The notes below the pieces were generated by a model. That model worked only from the letters and a program-made list of their open reading frames with translations. It ran no database searches and was not told where the DNA came from. Positions 23,796 to 38,258 of a DNA stretch of 64,000 bases are shown here, piece after piece; positions within the stretch are counted from its first letter, which is position 1, and each line of letters starts with the position of its first letter. The stretch spans positions 1,240,001 through 1,304,000 of the forward strand of contig BQFW01000004.1 in NCBI GenBank assembly GCA_020891255.1. The letters run 5' to 3'. A program made the position numbers and the translations under genes. This DNA is from Entomortierella parvispora E1425. Its lineage: Eukaryota; Fungi; Mortierellomycota.

Positions 23796-26700
23796 TGCAG
23801 TGTCCAACTCTTTTCCCTCCAACGTGGGTGGCTATTCGAATGAGCTTCAGGATCAACGTTGGGTTGACGTGCGTGTTATCCCCGGTCCCCCCAGTGAATC
23901 TGTTATCCCTGGCGCTGTCAAAGTCGTCGCGCCCAGTGCCAGCTCTAAGCCTGATGTGATCAGTGCCGACACTACTCTCGGCGTCTCTACAAAGCGTGAT
24001 AAGCCTGGCGTCAAAACATCAGGGTAAGAATTACGGGGAGGAAATCGTGCTGTGGTAGCACAATGAGACTCACAACTCGTTCTATTCGATTTCAGGGCTA
24101 CACATCGTTCATCTTCACTCGGATTGGCGCAGGTCATCTCTCGCACCCGCGAAAGAGGTGCTATTCTTGTTCCTGATGTACATTCTAGGAATAGGAGTGG
24201 GTATGTTGCTGTGCCCATGTGCTGTTTTATTAAGATCAACGCTACATGCAAGGAGGGACAAAAATTTACAGGAGTTTTTTTTTTCTTTTGAAAACGTTAG
24301 ACTTAGTATGTTTTACCCGCCGACATTGACACAGACCAGTCCCTACACTCGAGGAGAAGATGTATCTTCTGAAGATGGGCCTCGATCTAGGTATGTTAGT
24401 ATACGTTTCTTTCCATGATGCTATCCGACGAATTGATCTTCAAATGTCGGTCTCTAAGTTTTTTTTTTGACCGCAGCCCTCTACACGAATCTTCGGATGA
24501 GTTCCCCAACGGTGATGTGCATCTGATACGACTACTTTCAGATTACAGTTCACTTCAATTGGCTCGCAGCGTTGGATGGGCAACGAAGGTCACCAGCCAA
24601 TACACACTGAGAACTTCCGGGAAAGTTATCCGCAAGCGCTGTCTCGGTGTGAGCCGATGCCCTCTCCCTTACTGCCCTTATGTACGCCGACCAAAAGTCT
24701 CGGCGGCTGCTGAAAATACCACCTTCTCCTCAAGTCAACTATCACAGGAGCTGGAAGACGATGATGCCATTTGTCGTGTACACCAGTTACCACTAGAACC
24801 CACTGGCTGTAGTGCAACGATGGATTTGGTTCAGGCAGGAGTAGACCGCATTGAGCTCATCCACCGTGGGTTCCATGAGCATCCTAAACCGTTGCCCGCG
24901 CGTGCAAGTATGGTTGCTCTAAACGATCTTGAAACGATGGTCAACACAGCCCCAGAGGCGAAACCTAAACATCTCGTGATCGGAACCGCGACAAGACCTT
25001 CAATTTCTATCAAGCATCCGGTTCTCCACAATCTCGGCTATACGAGATACCTGCGATTGCGTTCCCTCAACCATGGGAAGACAACCGATAACCTTGGCGA
25101 GCTCGCAAATCTGGAATCCAAACTGGGATTCCATTTCCTTCAATCTCACAGTTTGGAAGCAAAGGCTGGTCACATTTGTGTGCAGACTGAATTTCTGCGT
25201 CAGCGTTGCCGTGGCCCTCTGACCCACATGCAGACAGACTCTTTCCACGGAGCGGTGTTTGAGATCCATATCAAAGACGCGAACATCACATGCACAGTTG
25301 CCTACTGCGCCTTCGCCGCAAAGGTCATCCCAATTGTTATATCCGTCTTGTTTGGCAAATCCGCGGAGCACTACAAACGCCATTTTTCAGTCGTGCTACA
25401 GTCTCTTGAGTACAAGTCTTGGGAGGAGTTTGATGATAACTTCCCTGGTATGACCTGCGACTTCTCTGATGCCGAGCGAAAGGGATTCCAAGCCGCAATC
25501 GCCGAACACTACAATGTCAGCGTTGATATTGTTTCACTTGAAGGGCATTACCAGTTTTGCACTGTTCATTACCGGCGGTCTTTACGACGCGTGTGTAGGG
25601 AAGCCTCTGTTATCCCTGCGGCAAGATCAGATGAATTTTATTTCATTGCTGAGAGTCTCACTCGGGAAGGTATGACTCTAGTCGAGTTTGAAGAGTCTGT
25701 TGCATACCTTCTTGAACAATTCCCTCGAGCCCGCAATTGGATCGCCTGGTACATGAATGCCGATCGGAAAAGCCTTATTTATCCGGCACTGAGGGGGCAC
25801 CCCCACGTTCTGGAGACATTAGCTTTGGACACGAATGCTCAAGAAGGCTTTGGGGCTCATCTTCGTAACTATCTCGAGCGGACAGCGCCCAGAGGCGGTA
25901 TTGTCAAATGTGTTGAGGCCATTGCACTTTATCAGCAGTCATTCGCCCGAGACTACGACCACGTCCTTCGAGGCGGAAAACTGACTTATGGCAAGCGACC
26001 ACCGGTTCCAGAATCTTATATCAATGATGGACGCGCTCCAGATAACGCGAAAGCATTGAGGGCAGCGCAGGTTAAAGATGAAGCTCGACGTAAACGGGAG
26101 TCTGCGCGTTATAAACCCAAGGTGCCCAAAGACTTACTCCAGAAGCCGAAGCAAGGGCGTCGCCTAGGCAGCCAAAATAAGGCGCCTTCATCGAGGGAAA
26201 TATTTGACCACAACACGTTCGGCATTCCCTGGGGTGTGGAGCCTTCAAAACTGTCAGGCAATGCACGGTTTGCGCTCACCAACACCTGCGCCCTCGATTC
26301 CTCTCTGATGGCGTGGTACATGTTGGTGTCACTTTCTGGAGCGACGCTCCCCCCGCTATGATTTCTTCAACTGTAGGCTTGGCTCTTCTGTCAGTAATGG
26401 CCCACCTCCACGCAAGGCGATATGACATGGCTAGGCGCCTCTGGTGCACAGACGTGATGAAGCTACCTGGAAATAGACATCACGACCTCTATCTAAGTCT
26501 TGAGGCGGTCTTCCTTGATCTAGTGCCAGGCCTGACAAGGTTCGAAGTGTCCAGGGTATCCTCGTGCAGTGTACCCGGGTGTCCTCAAGAAGTCAATCAT
26601 GCCGCCCCACGGTCTGTCATCATGCTTTCTCCCGACATCATTACACAGAAAACATTTAATGAAGCACTGTCGGCATCATTCCCGCACAGTTGTACCAAAA

Positions 26701-27623
26701 GGGTTGCTGGATTCAACATCACGGGCCACAGTCGGCAAGAGTGGACGATCACCGACGAGGGCGAGGAGTCCTGGACTGCATGCTCAGGGCAGAGATCTCA
26801 AGGCCCGATGCTGGTCGCAGAATATCCGCCTGTCCTGCTTTTGGACTGTGTCCAAGAATACAGGAGCAGTCAACACCGGGGGCCGTGGATCATGCCTGTT
26901 TCCGTCTTGAGATTTGATGCCGAGATCTACCACTTGGCAACGATTTTCTACTTCAACAACAATCACTTTTGTTGTGCTGTCATCGTTGGTAACAGCGTGT
27001 ACCTCTATGATGGCAAGCCCTTATACCCGCGGACGAGGCTGATTAATCTTTCGCTTTTGAAGGATTTTTGCCAACCCGAAGGGTACCGACCGATCCTTTT
27101 CTGGTATTTGCATCAACAGACAACCTCGCTGGATACGACAGATATGGACCCTAAGACCAGCAGCAAAAATGATCAAAACTACACTATGACCGCCGCCGTT
27201 TCTCCCACTGTGGCTCAAAGCCCTGTGCCCGTAGCGCTGGTGCCGTCTCAGCCGCAGTCTGGTGTCGCGTCGCCAACGCGCTCCTCTGATGTTGGCAAAG
27301 AAACAAAAAAACGAGAGTTTCCTTCCATCACAGATCAAGAAGCTGCCAGTAATTCGATTGTTCTTCGGAGAAGCAAACGGACTAAGCACCCTATTGGATT
27401 CAGTTATGGAGAGATTGCTTCGAACGGCCCGCTTCCTATCTGCCAGTCTTGTGGGAAAAAAATAGAGCGAGATAGCAAGAGGTTTCTGCTAACAACACTG
27501 GAGGACGATGTGAAAAAATGGCGTAACACCAAGTCTTACCACTTCACAAGAGAGTGCATGAGGGCAATGCCCTCCAAGTATCATCATTCAGCCGAGGTTG
27601 CTCTGGAGCAGAATGGGGCATAA
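22688..27623 (+). CDS. Multi-exon MULE transposase: GCM Zn domain, DDE core, peptidase-like domain and C-terminal Zn finger
   Basis: GCM-like RKRCLGVSRC..C..RP..HRGFHEHPKP; D (QTDSF), D (TCDFSD), CxxH (FCTVH), E (TNAQEG); NTCALDS...NHF...YDG; CxxC..H..C; one frameshift at the C6 run 26349-26354. The 5' exon structure is approximate. Confidence 0.8.
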
Positions 27624-28526
27624 GGAGTAGGAGATGTTGTGTCTCTAATATTGGGAAATAAAGAGTGGTTTTTTTTTTTTATTGAAACGCCTGACGGGGT
27701 TCAATGAATTAGGAGGCGCACATTGATTCCGCCTGCCTGCACTGTGATTTGAACGGTGCCATCGTCTCATCATTTGCGCCGAGGGTGGGAAGTGGGAAAA
27801 TATGGTGTTTTTGGCGCGTTGCTGAATGGGCCTCAAATGGATTCGGTGACGTATCCATTTTATTTAAGGTAATTGGATGCGCCACCAACCTGTGCCGATG
27901 AATTTAAGGTAACATGCCACACTCAACTTGTGAGCACACTCAACTAAATTCGATATACCCCTACTTTAGCCGAGGGTAAAGTAGGTCTTCTTGAGGCGCT
28001 GAAAACAGTCAAATGGGCATGGCACATAGGAGCAAGGGAAAGAATGGGACATGGCTGACAGCCGGAGCACTTGGAATGCAAGTCATAATCCTTATTCCAG
28101 TTTGGCCCTTCCATAATGGGATTTGGAAATGAGTTGTGATGTTTTAACTACGCGAGATTGTGCCACAGAGATGGTGGGAGGATGTGTTTCTGAAAAGGAA
28201 AGCGGATGATGAGAATGATAACTGAAGGATGAACTTGAGATGAGATTAAAGGGGTGAATTTCATGTGTCCCGCATCGGGCGAAACTGCGTGGAGGAGATG
28301 CATCTTTAAAGAAAAACGCGAATGATGGAGAATGAATGCGAAACAGACTCTTCTTTTATGACTAACTATTTCTCGGATGCTTGACTTTCGTTGGCTTGCC
28401 TTCATGCATTCGTCTCTTCACCCCTTGATGCCTATCTCTCTTGTTGGTCTGGCCTTCTTGCTCTTTGTCATCAGGGTCGTCCGCGCCTTCTCGTTTGTCT
28501 CCGTCATAGACCTGACCAATCGTCAG

Positions 28527-31298
28527 TCAGTCTAGGTTCATGTCTCCCTGGTCATCCATGCTACCAGCACCCGCCTGACTCACCTCGAAGATCAGTTCAT
28601 CTTTTGCTGGATCAACATCGACGATCACATTCTGATATTCGCTTAGCTCGCCCGTCAAGAGTAGTCGGGAAACCTTCGTCACAACTTGCTTCTCGAGATA
28701 GCGCTTCAATGGACGACCTCCGTATCGCGGATCAAAAGAATCATTCAAAACCTTTTGGCACGCACTATCAGTGATGTGAAGGCTGATATTCTTGCCCTCC
28801 AGTCGCTTGCCAATTACTGCTAGTTGGTTACGAATGATCTTAGCAAGATTTTCTGTTCCCAATGGCGAGAACAATATCAGGTCATCCAAACGATTCAGAA
28901 ACTCAGGGCGGAAGTGAGCTCGGACATCCCTCATGACCGCTTCTCGAGCCTGATCCGTAATACCACTGCCCCCAAGATCCTGTAAATGGATATAGCCGAC
29001 ATTTGAGGTCATAATGATGACAGTGTTCGAAAAATCCACGATTCGGCCCTTTGAATCCGTCAAACGTCCATCGTCAAGGACCTGCAACAAAACGTTGAGA
29101 ACCTTAATGTCGGCCTTTTCGATCTCATCAAAGAGAACCACACTGTAAGGTCGCCGGCGAATGGCTTCAGTTAACTGACCACCTTCATCGTGTCCAACAT
29201 AGCCTGGTGGTGCTCCGATCAAACGCGCAACTGAGTGAGACTCCATATATTCCGACATATCGATTCGCACCATCATGTTCTCATCGTCGAATAGTTCGTG
29301 TGCCAATGCCTTGGCAAGCTCGGTCTTTCCTACACCAGTTGGGCCAAGGAACATGAAAGATCCCAGGGGCGCGTGTTCTTTGGCCATCCCAGCCCTAGAT
29401 CGGAGAACAGCCTCTGCAACAGCTTCAACAGCCTCATCTTGGCCAACAACGCGCTCGCTTAAACGTTGTCCCAACTGCAAAAGCCGCTCAACTTGAGACT
29501 TGTTCAGTCGCTGAGTAGGAATTCCAGTCCATCGCGAGACAACTTCTGTAATCTGTTCTGGGCCGACAACTTCTGTCACGAGTTCACCAGAGTCAGCTTT
29601 GGTGCCGTTAGCAGCAGCTAGCAGTTGTTCAGCCTCTTGTCTGGCGCGTTCTGCTGTCACGGTCGCAATTTTCTTCTCCAGATCAGGAATCGCATAGTAA
29701 CGGATATCCGCAGCTTGCGCCAAGTCATAGCGTCGTTCAGCTTCTTCCGCTTTGTTCTTGAGGTCTTGCAGTTTCTGGTTTAAATCTCGGACCTCATTGA
29801 TACGCCCTTTGTCCACCTCGTACTTCAGTTTTAAGGGTTTCAATTCCTCTGAAATTCGCGACATTTCTTCTCGGACCTTGACAAGCCGCTGTTGAGAGGC
29901 AGCGTCCTTTTCTTTGCCTAGAGCTGTGGCCTCGACCTCTAGTTGCAAATGGCGGCGCTCCAGCTGATCAATCAACTCAGGTTGCGAGTCTAACTGCACG
30001 CGAGTGTTTGCACAGGCTTCATCCATCAGATCGATTGCCTTGTCAGGTAAAAATCGATTGGTAATATATCGATGGGCCAGCGTGGCGGCGGTAACTAAGG
30101 CAGCATCCGCAATCTTGACTCCATGATGTACCTCGTATCTCTCCTTCAGGCCACGCAAGATACTGATAGTATCAGCCAAGGAAGGCTCTCCAACATACAC
30201 CTGCTGGAATCGTCGTTCAAATGCTGGATCCTTCTCCACATGCTTCTTGTACTCATCCAAAGTTGTGGCGCCAATGCAACGGAGCTCCCCTCGAGCCAGC
30301 ATAGGTTTTAAAAGGTTGGCTGCATCCATAGCTCCATCGGTCTTGCCCGCACCAAGGACAAGGTGAATCTCATCAATAAACAGGATGATCCCCTGCTCCG
30401 AGTCCTTGACCTCCTTCAATACTGCTTTCAATCGCTCTTCAAATTCACCGCGGTACTTTGCTCCTGCGATAAGAGCGCCCATATCAAGCGAAAACAGCCT
30501 ACATTGCAGGCTCACCGGTACGTCTTTTCGAACGATGCGCTGCGCCAGTCCTTCCACTACAGCGGTTTTTCCTACACCAGGTTCACTAATTTAACATGTA
30601 AGGAAGTGAGCAGTGTTGTGTTAGTTATGGAAACCGTAGACATTCATAAGCTTTCCCTCAAAGACATACCCGATCAAAACTGGGTTGTTCTTAGTTCTCC
30701 TGGACAGAACACGAATGACCCTGCGAATCTCGTCATCACGGCCAATGACAGGGTCAAGCTTGTCTTGTTCAGCAAGCGAAACCATGTCGATGGCATACTT
30801 CGACAGGGCTTCATATCCAGCTTCCGCATTCTTGGATTCCACTCTACGGTTTCCACGCATTTGAGAGACTGCGTTCTCGAGAGCCGTCTTACTGATTCCA
30901 TTCTCAGTAAAGACCTTCCACACAGACGGCTCGTCGGTGAGAGCCAGAATGATATGGTCGATTGAGATGAAGGAGTCCTTTTGGCGTTTCTGATAATCCT
31001 GAGCTTTTCGAAGGATTTGCACAGTCTGTGGTGCAAACGAAATATCGATCGGTGCAGGATTCTGCGTCGGAAGTCGGACAAGGACTTTCTTGAAGGAGCG
31101 CTCAATTTCTTCGGGAACACCACCTGACTTGTTGATAATGGATCTAAGCAGAGAGGATCCGGGGCCTTCCTCGGTCTCGTCCAACATCGCGGAGACTAGG
31201 TGGAAGGGAGTGATTTGCGAGTTTGAGAACTCGCGTGCAAGTTCTTGAGCCTGGCCGATAGTCTTCTCAGACTTTTCTGTAAACTGAAAGTTATTCAT
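28527..31298 (-). CDS. HSP104: Hsp104/ClpB disaggregase (intron 30586-30669)
   Basis: Clp N domain; Walker A motifs GEPGVGKT and GPTGVGKT; RIDMSEY; GAPPGYVG. Confidence 0.97.
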
Positions 31299-31458
31299 GC
31301 TTGGGAGTTATTGAGGGAAAGGATGGCGTGAGAGATTTTTTAGCCAGCGAAACACGAGAGAAAAAAAAAAGAAAAAAAAAATGCCGTCACAATAGAACGC
31401 GGCCCCTTAAAAATGTGAGATATTGCATATCTTTTTTTTTCAATTGAAACAGCAACGA

Positions 31459-32707
31459 CTATGAGCGCTTCTTTAAGGCTTCAAATCGACGTGTCAGCGA
31501 GTCGAGATCTTCCACGGACGACGCTGCTGGCGTTACAGACGATGCGGATTGAGTAGGGTGTATATCTGGCTTGATTGCAGGCGCTTTTGACAGAATATCT
31601 GACGGATTCTCTAGATCAGTCAATAGGTCCAGTCTATCTACACCCATATCCGTGTTCTGCTCCTATTGCATTTGAGGTAGTTAAGTTTTGCGTCACACGG
31701 CAGTATCCACAGGCAGTATCCACAGGCCGAAGCACTGATTTTAAATACCTTTCTGATTGCATTGGGTTTGTGACGTTGGAGATTTCCGGAACTCTCCACT
31801 GAGTGGTTAACTGGATCTATAAATCCGCCATCCATATTCTAAGTTGGATTGTTAGTTGAGACTTCTATATGGCCATTGTATTCAAGAATTCAAGAATAGA
31901 GAACATACCCCAATCAATTGGTGATCCATTTCAGGGTCAGCAGTCCATGACACCTTGAATGTCTTTGCTATCTCTTCCAAGTACCGGTTAACAAGATAGG
32001 GGTCCGGAGTCTGCACCTTGAGCTTTTGAATGATCTACTCGACAAGACGAAAAAGAGAGAGAGGGAAAAGTTAGAGGCTGGCTCCACGATAGTGAGGTAC
32101 TGAAGTACGCTTCATACTCTTGGGTTGACAGACTCGTCCTTGTTTTCCATGGCATTGGACACAAATTCACGGCCAAACTTAGCGGCCAGCTGGTCCCTGA
32201 CCAATAGTAGTTCTTTGACTTCGGAGCGCGGTGCGGCATAAATAACGGTATTGACAGCCTCAATTATGGCCGGGTCGCAATTCCTGTGGTTGACAAACAG
32301 ACCAAGGAGTGGAATCAGCGAAAAGTTTGACAAGATGGTATCGTGTTGAGCATAGCGATTGAGATGCCGACATACTTCAGCTGCTCCAGAAGGCCGAATC
32401 GAGCTAGAAGAAGCTCACAATAGAGCTCGATGATCTCAAGGGCCTCGCAGCTGAAATCCTCCCGGATAATGTGTTCGACCTAGAGTGAGGTTATCCCATA
32501 ATGTATCAGTGCGCCGTGTGAGTATGAGGAGAGAGGTTTCTCGCATCACTATACCCTAATACGCGCGCTCTCCTCTTTGCCAATCTCTAAAAGTCTTGCA
32601 ATCTCTTTGCGTTGTTGTTGCGCCAGCATGTTCTTCTTGTTCTGCAGCATTTGCAATCTGTTCACAGACAGCTTGAGCTGAACTTTTGCGCGCGTTGGAT
32701 TAAACAT
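31459..32707 (-). CDS. IST1: IST1, ESCRT-III-associated regulator of Vps4 (multi-exon)
   Basis: MFNPTRAKVQLKLSVNRL, VEHIIRED..EIIELYCELL, YAAPRSEVKEL, C-terminal LTRRFEALKK. Confidence 0.92.
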
Positions 32708-32924
32708 ATAGGTGAAAAGGCGGATTAAGAGCATGCTTTGATGCACAGGCTCAAGATGCGCATCAGCCAGGCCCGGAAAGATTGTGATCGCAAGTGCTGC
32801 GATTTCGGCCTACGTCACGGGGGCGTGCGCGAGGCGCGCGCGGCTCCCCTACTCATGTTCTTTACATGCAACACACTCTTACTAATTACACACAACCACC
32901 ACACCACACTACAACCAATCCTCC

Positions 32925-34310
<1,386 letters not shown>

Positions 34311-34463
34311 CGACAGCAGTTTGCCACGCCGAAGGAGAAATTCGAAATAAATTTATTCTGGTGAATGTATGGGGCCTAAACGGTAGCAATAAATGCCTAT
34401 TCAACGATTAAAGTAGTTAGTGACTGGGTCTCACTACAAAAACGAAACTACACGCAAAGAGTG

Positions 34464-35102
34464 CTAACTCACATTCTGGGCCTTTTGAACCAAGTCCTTA
34501 AACTCTTGAACTTCTTTCCAGCAGTCCAAGCTTCTATCCTTATTGTCTCGATAGCACTGAACTAGCGCATACTGGGCTTTGGTAATATCTTCAGGCAGTA
34601 TTTTGACCTGCTTAGCAGGTGCAGATCGTGCAAGCTGATCCATATCCTGCTCAGTGACAAGAGCATTTCCGTGTGTTGACGAGTGGTAGTTTGTGTAAGG
34701 AAGCGTTGCCTCCTTCTCTGCCTGGATCTTCGTCAACTCTGCGTGGACTCTTTGTCGGACCTGGGATTCAATATCCTCGGGAGATCCCGTGACAGGCTAG
34801 GAATAACAACACAAGTTAGGCATCAGCATGGCTTCCAAGGAATTAAAAACGAATAGATGGGTGAGTCTACGTGAATTCTGCTTTGGCTCTAGTACCTGAG
34901 ACTGAGAAATCTGGTTTACAAACGATGAAGAGACCTAATTAACGAGGAAATTCGTGTCAGGGAATGAGTGATTTGCTTATCATTCAGACTCAAAATCAAA
35001 AATGCATAGCATGATCTACTGGTAGAGGGAAATTACCCGAACAGGGACTGTCTCGTCGTTGACAAAGACCATTGGTTTGTCCTTTGAGGGTTGGGATCCC
35101 AT
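34464..35102 (-). CDS. MIC19: MICOS subunit Mic19-like (multi-exon; 3' end approximate)
   Basis: MGSQPS myristoylation-type start; C-terminal CYRDNKDRSLDCWKEVQEFK. Confidence 0.8.
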
Positions 35103-35171
35103 TGTGGCGAATGAGGGTGTTAATTGGAAGATGATCTTGAATCACTTGAATCGGCAGGAACCGCAAAGGCC

Positions 35172-35202
<31 letters not shown>

Positions 35203-35246
35203 CTGATTATCACGTGATCATTTATTCTTACTGTATATATACTGTA

Positions 35247-37342
35247 CTATCGACGGGGAACACCACGTCCTCGACCTCGGGGGGCACCGCGTGCATTGGC
35301 TGCTGGGTTCTGAGATCCAGGACTCTTCACAGTTTCATCCACAGACAAGATTAAGCACGCGGCTTCTGTTGCAGCAGCCATGGCATTGGTCTTGACAAGT
35401 GCAGGCTCCCATACAAAGGCCTTCATGTTGTCAGCAATTGACTCGGACTCAATATCGACGCCACACCATATCTCGCCCTGAGCATGCTTCATTCGCAGCT
35501 TATTCAAAATATCTGTCGCATCGAACCCAGCATTGTCGCAAAGTTGACGAGGAATCACTTCCAAAGCCCTAGCAAACGCCCCGATAATCAATTGTTGTTT
35601 TCCAGCAATCGAACGCGAGTGATCCCTTAAATACTTAGAGATTTCCATCTCGGTTGCACCGCCTCCTGCAACCACCAGGGAGTTCTTGATAGCGCGACGA
35701 ACAATCATGATGGCATCGTGCAACGATCGCTCCACTTCAGCAATAAATTGCTCTGCTCCTCCACGAAGGATCAGAGTGCACGTCTTTGCCTTGGTACAGC
35801 CCTGGAAAAAATTGAATCTTTCGCCCCCAATTTGCTTTTCCTCGAAGGTTTTGCATTGACCCAAATGCTTCTCCTCGATGTCCGTACATGTTGACTGAAT
35901 CGAACCTCCAACAGCCTGTACAACCCGGTTAAGGTCCGAGGCAGGAACGCGACCTGCGCAGAATACGTCGCGATCAGCAAAGTACTGAGTGGCGAGATCT
36001 CCAATAGGCAGCTTAGAGAGTACCACTTTCGCCCCAGTGTTCACAATCGCCTCAAGCTTGTCATAAATAATCTTCCACTCTGCGTCCACAATCTTTTGGT
36101 ACTCCTAAATACGGATAAATCATTGTATGTTAGTGGGCTGCTACATCAAGGTAAGACTGCAATGGTCCTTAAACACAAACGGTCAACGAGCTCCCGGACG
36201 GAGGAGGAGACACTTACATCAACAGCCTCAACGCGGACCTCGGCATTGTCCCTCTCTGCCTTCAGTTCCAGCTCGACGTTCAAGGAGAGGACCTTTGGGT
36301 TCTTGAAGCTTTTTGGCTGCTGCTCAAACCCAGCATACGAAAAGGTTTTCTTGAAGGCAACACCGTCAACCAAAAGCGAATCCTGCATGGCCCCCCCTGC
36401 AACCTTTTTCATTCCAATAAGGTTCTCATCTAATTCTTCTTGATCCAAGTGCAAGACTGCGTCCACCACCATCTTTGTGAAGAAGTCCGTTTGAGAATGG
36501 ATGAGCTTTGACGACATGGCGGTCGCGGCACATTTTTCCAGCAATGAGCGAAACTCGGCCTCATCTTTGCGCTCAATCCTGACGGCAATCTCTTTGACCT
36601 TGTTGATCGCTAGTTGAGCTGCCTTTCTGTAGCCTTTGATGATCACTTGTGGGTTTACACCCTCTTCGATATAAGACCGGACTTCCTTGAGCAGTTCCCC
36701 TGCAAGCAATACAACAGATGTTGTGCCATCTCCAACCTCCGCATCTTGCGAACGTGCAATATCCACTAGTGTTTTGGCAGCAGGATGAACAATATCAAGC
36801 AGCTTCATGATAGTAGCACCGTCGTTGGAGATAGTTACGGAGCCTTTAGTGAACAAGTCAATAGGAGCACAGAGTGAGTCAGAATAGGATCGCAGAGAGA
36901 GAGTCAGACTAGACACAGAGTATAAAAAGCGACTGAACCGTGCTGTAGCCTGGACTTACCCTTCTCATCAACAATCAGCTTGTCCATGCCTCGGGGTCCA
37001 AGAGTTGTACGGACAGTATCCACAACGGCCAGGCAGGCGTTGATGTTTGAGAGCAGCTGACCTTTACCCTGAGAAGAGTCTGTTCCATCCTTGAGAAGGA
37101 TGATTTGTGGTTGCTATCGAATATTTAATGAGGGTGATGAGTGATGACATCTCTTTCTGTAATGAAATATCAGCAATAGTAAGGCCACTCCCGCCTTAAG
37201 GCGCAAGGATGACCTCGAGGTGTCGAGATGTCTATGGCTGACGTTCATTTCAAGAGTTGATTGTAGCTTTTCGTCCCAACACGTCCAGATCGACACTGTT
37301 TTGAAACTGTATGTAGCAAAGCCAAGATTTGGTTACCATCAT
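35247..37342 (-). CDS. CCT7: Chaperonin CCT subunit eta (6-nt first exon)
   Basis: [54 protein letters not shown]. Confidence 0.95.
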
Positions 37343-38258
37343 CTGCTGTTGGCGCGACATTAAAGAAATGGAAAGGAAACGTGGATTGCAGGAACAACGT
37401 GATGTGAATGATGAAAAGAACTGTGCGGAATCTATTTAGCTTAAGGGGTCCTCAATTCACAAAGGGGGGGTTTTTTTTGTCCCTTGGCTGTCAAACGCGC
37501 CAACCAATAAAAAAAAGCACACGTCGACTCTCTTTGCGTGATAATCCTCGTGTACGAGCTACGGTGGACTGCCTACAAAGTGATCGGATAGTTCATTATT
37601 CGTTTTCCTCACGTTCGGGCATACACTCCTTGAACTCCACGAATAGTTCCTGGTGGTGCGAGGCAGAAGGTCAAATGGAACGCGATCAACGGCAACGCAT
37701 CAATGTTGCAAGAACACCATACTGTCGGGTCCGAGGTTCACACGCTCAAAGAGATCAGCTACTTGCAACAGGCTCGTGATGATATGATGCTTGGCAACCG
37801 CGTGTTCTTTTTGACGCGTTTGATCATAGGCATCAGAAGGCGTCTGCCTACCTTTCCTCTTCTATGGAGGCTGCTGCCCATGCATTTTACAGATTCATTC
37901 TTCACCGCCTACGTGCTCTCTCTACCTTCCCTGCCTTTGCTTGTCCTGCCTACCCACAGAACCCACATCACCACAACACCCACAGAATCTCCGGCACCGT
38001 GGTTGTCTCTACTTTCCCTTCTAGTAGGTTGCCCCATGGCTCGAATGCACATTCATGTCGATGCATGAGTCCCGGTTTTCATTGTTATTTCTAACAGTCT
38101 GTGTAACCGTTAAATTTGCACCTCGATGTTACCCAGTTTGAATACTCTGCCCGCACTGCGCAACTGGTACGTGCAGGTAGCAAGAACCATCGTCGCTTGC
38201 TGCCACGCTGCCATACATTTCCCTAACACAAAATGCTCCCTTTCCTTATTAGCTACCC

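Larger units (their letters stand above)
19299..27960 (+). mobile_element. Complete Mutator-like (MULE) DNA transposon, 8662 bp
   Basis: Perfect 140-bp TIRs (19299-19438, 27821-27960) starting GGGTATATCG; 9-bp TSD CTACTTTAG (19290-19298, 27961-27969). Confidence 0.95.

Noticed and set aside
26316-26376. GT-AG intron as the link between the transposase and peptidase ORFs
   Set aside because: Splicing it gives an early stop (WLGSS...AI*); a one-base shift at the C6 run fits better
30363-30965. Long antisense or alternative-frame ORFs (also 48491-49000, 50558-50962, 55064-55555, 4552-5010)
   Set aside because: They overlap well-supported genes on the other strand and have no recognisable motifs; shadow ORFs
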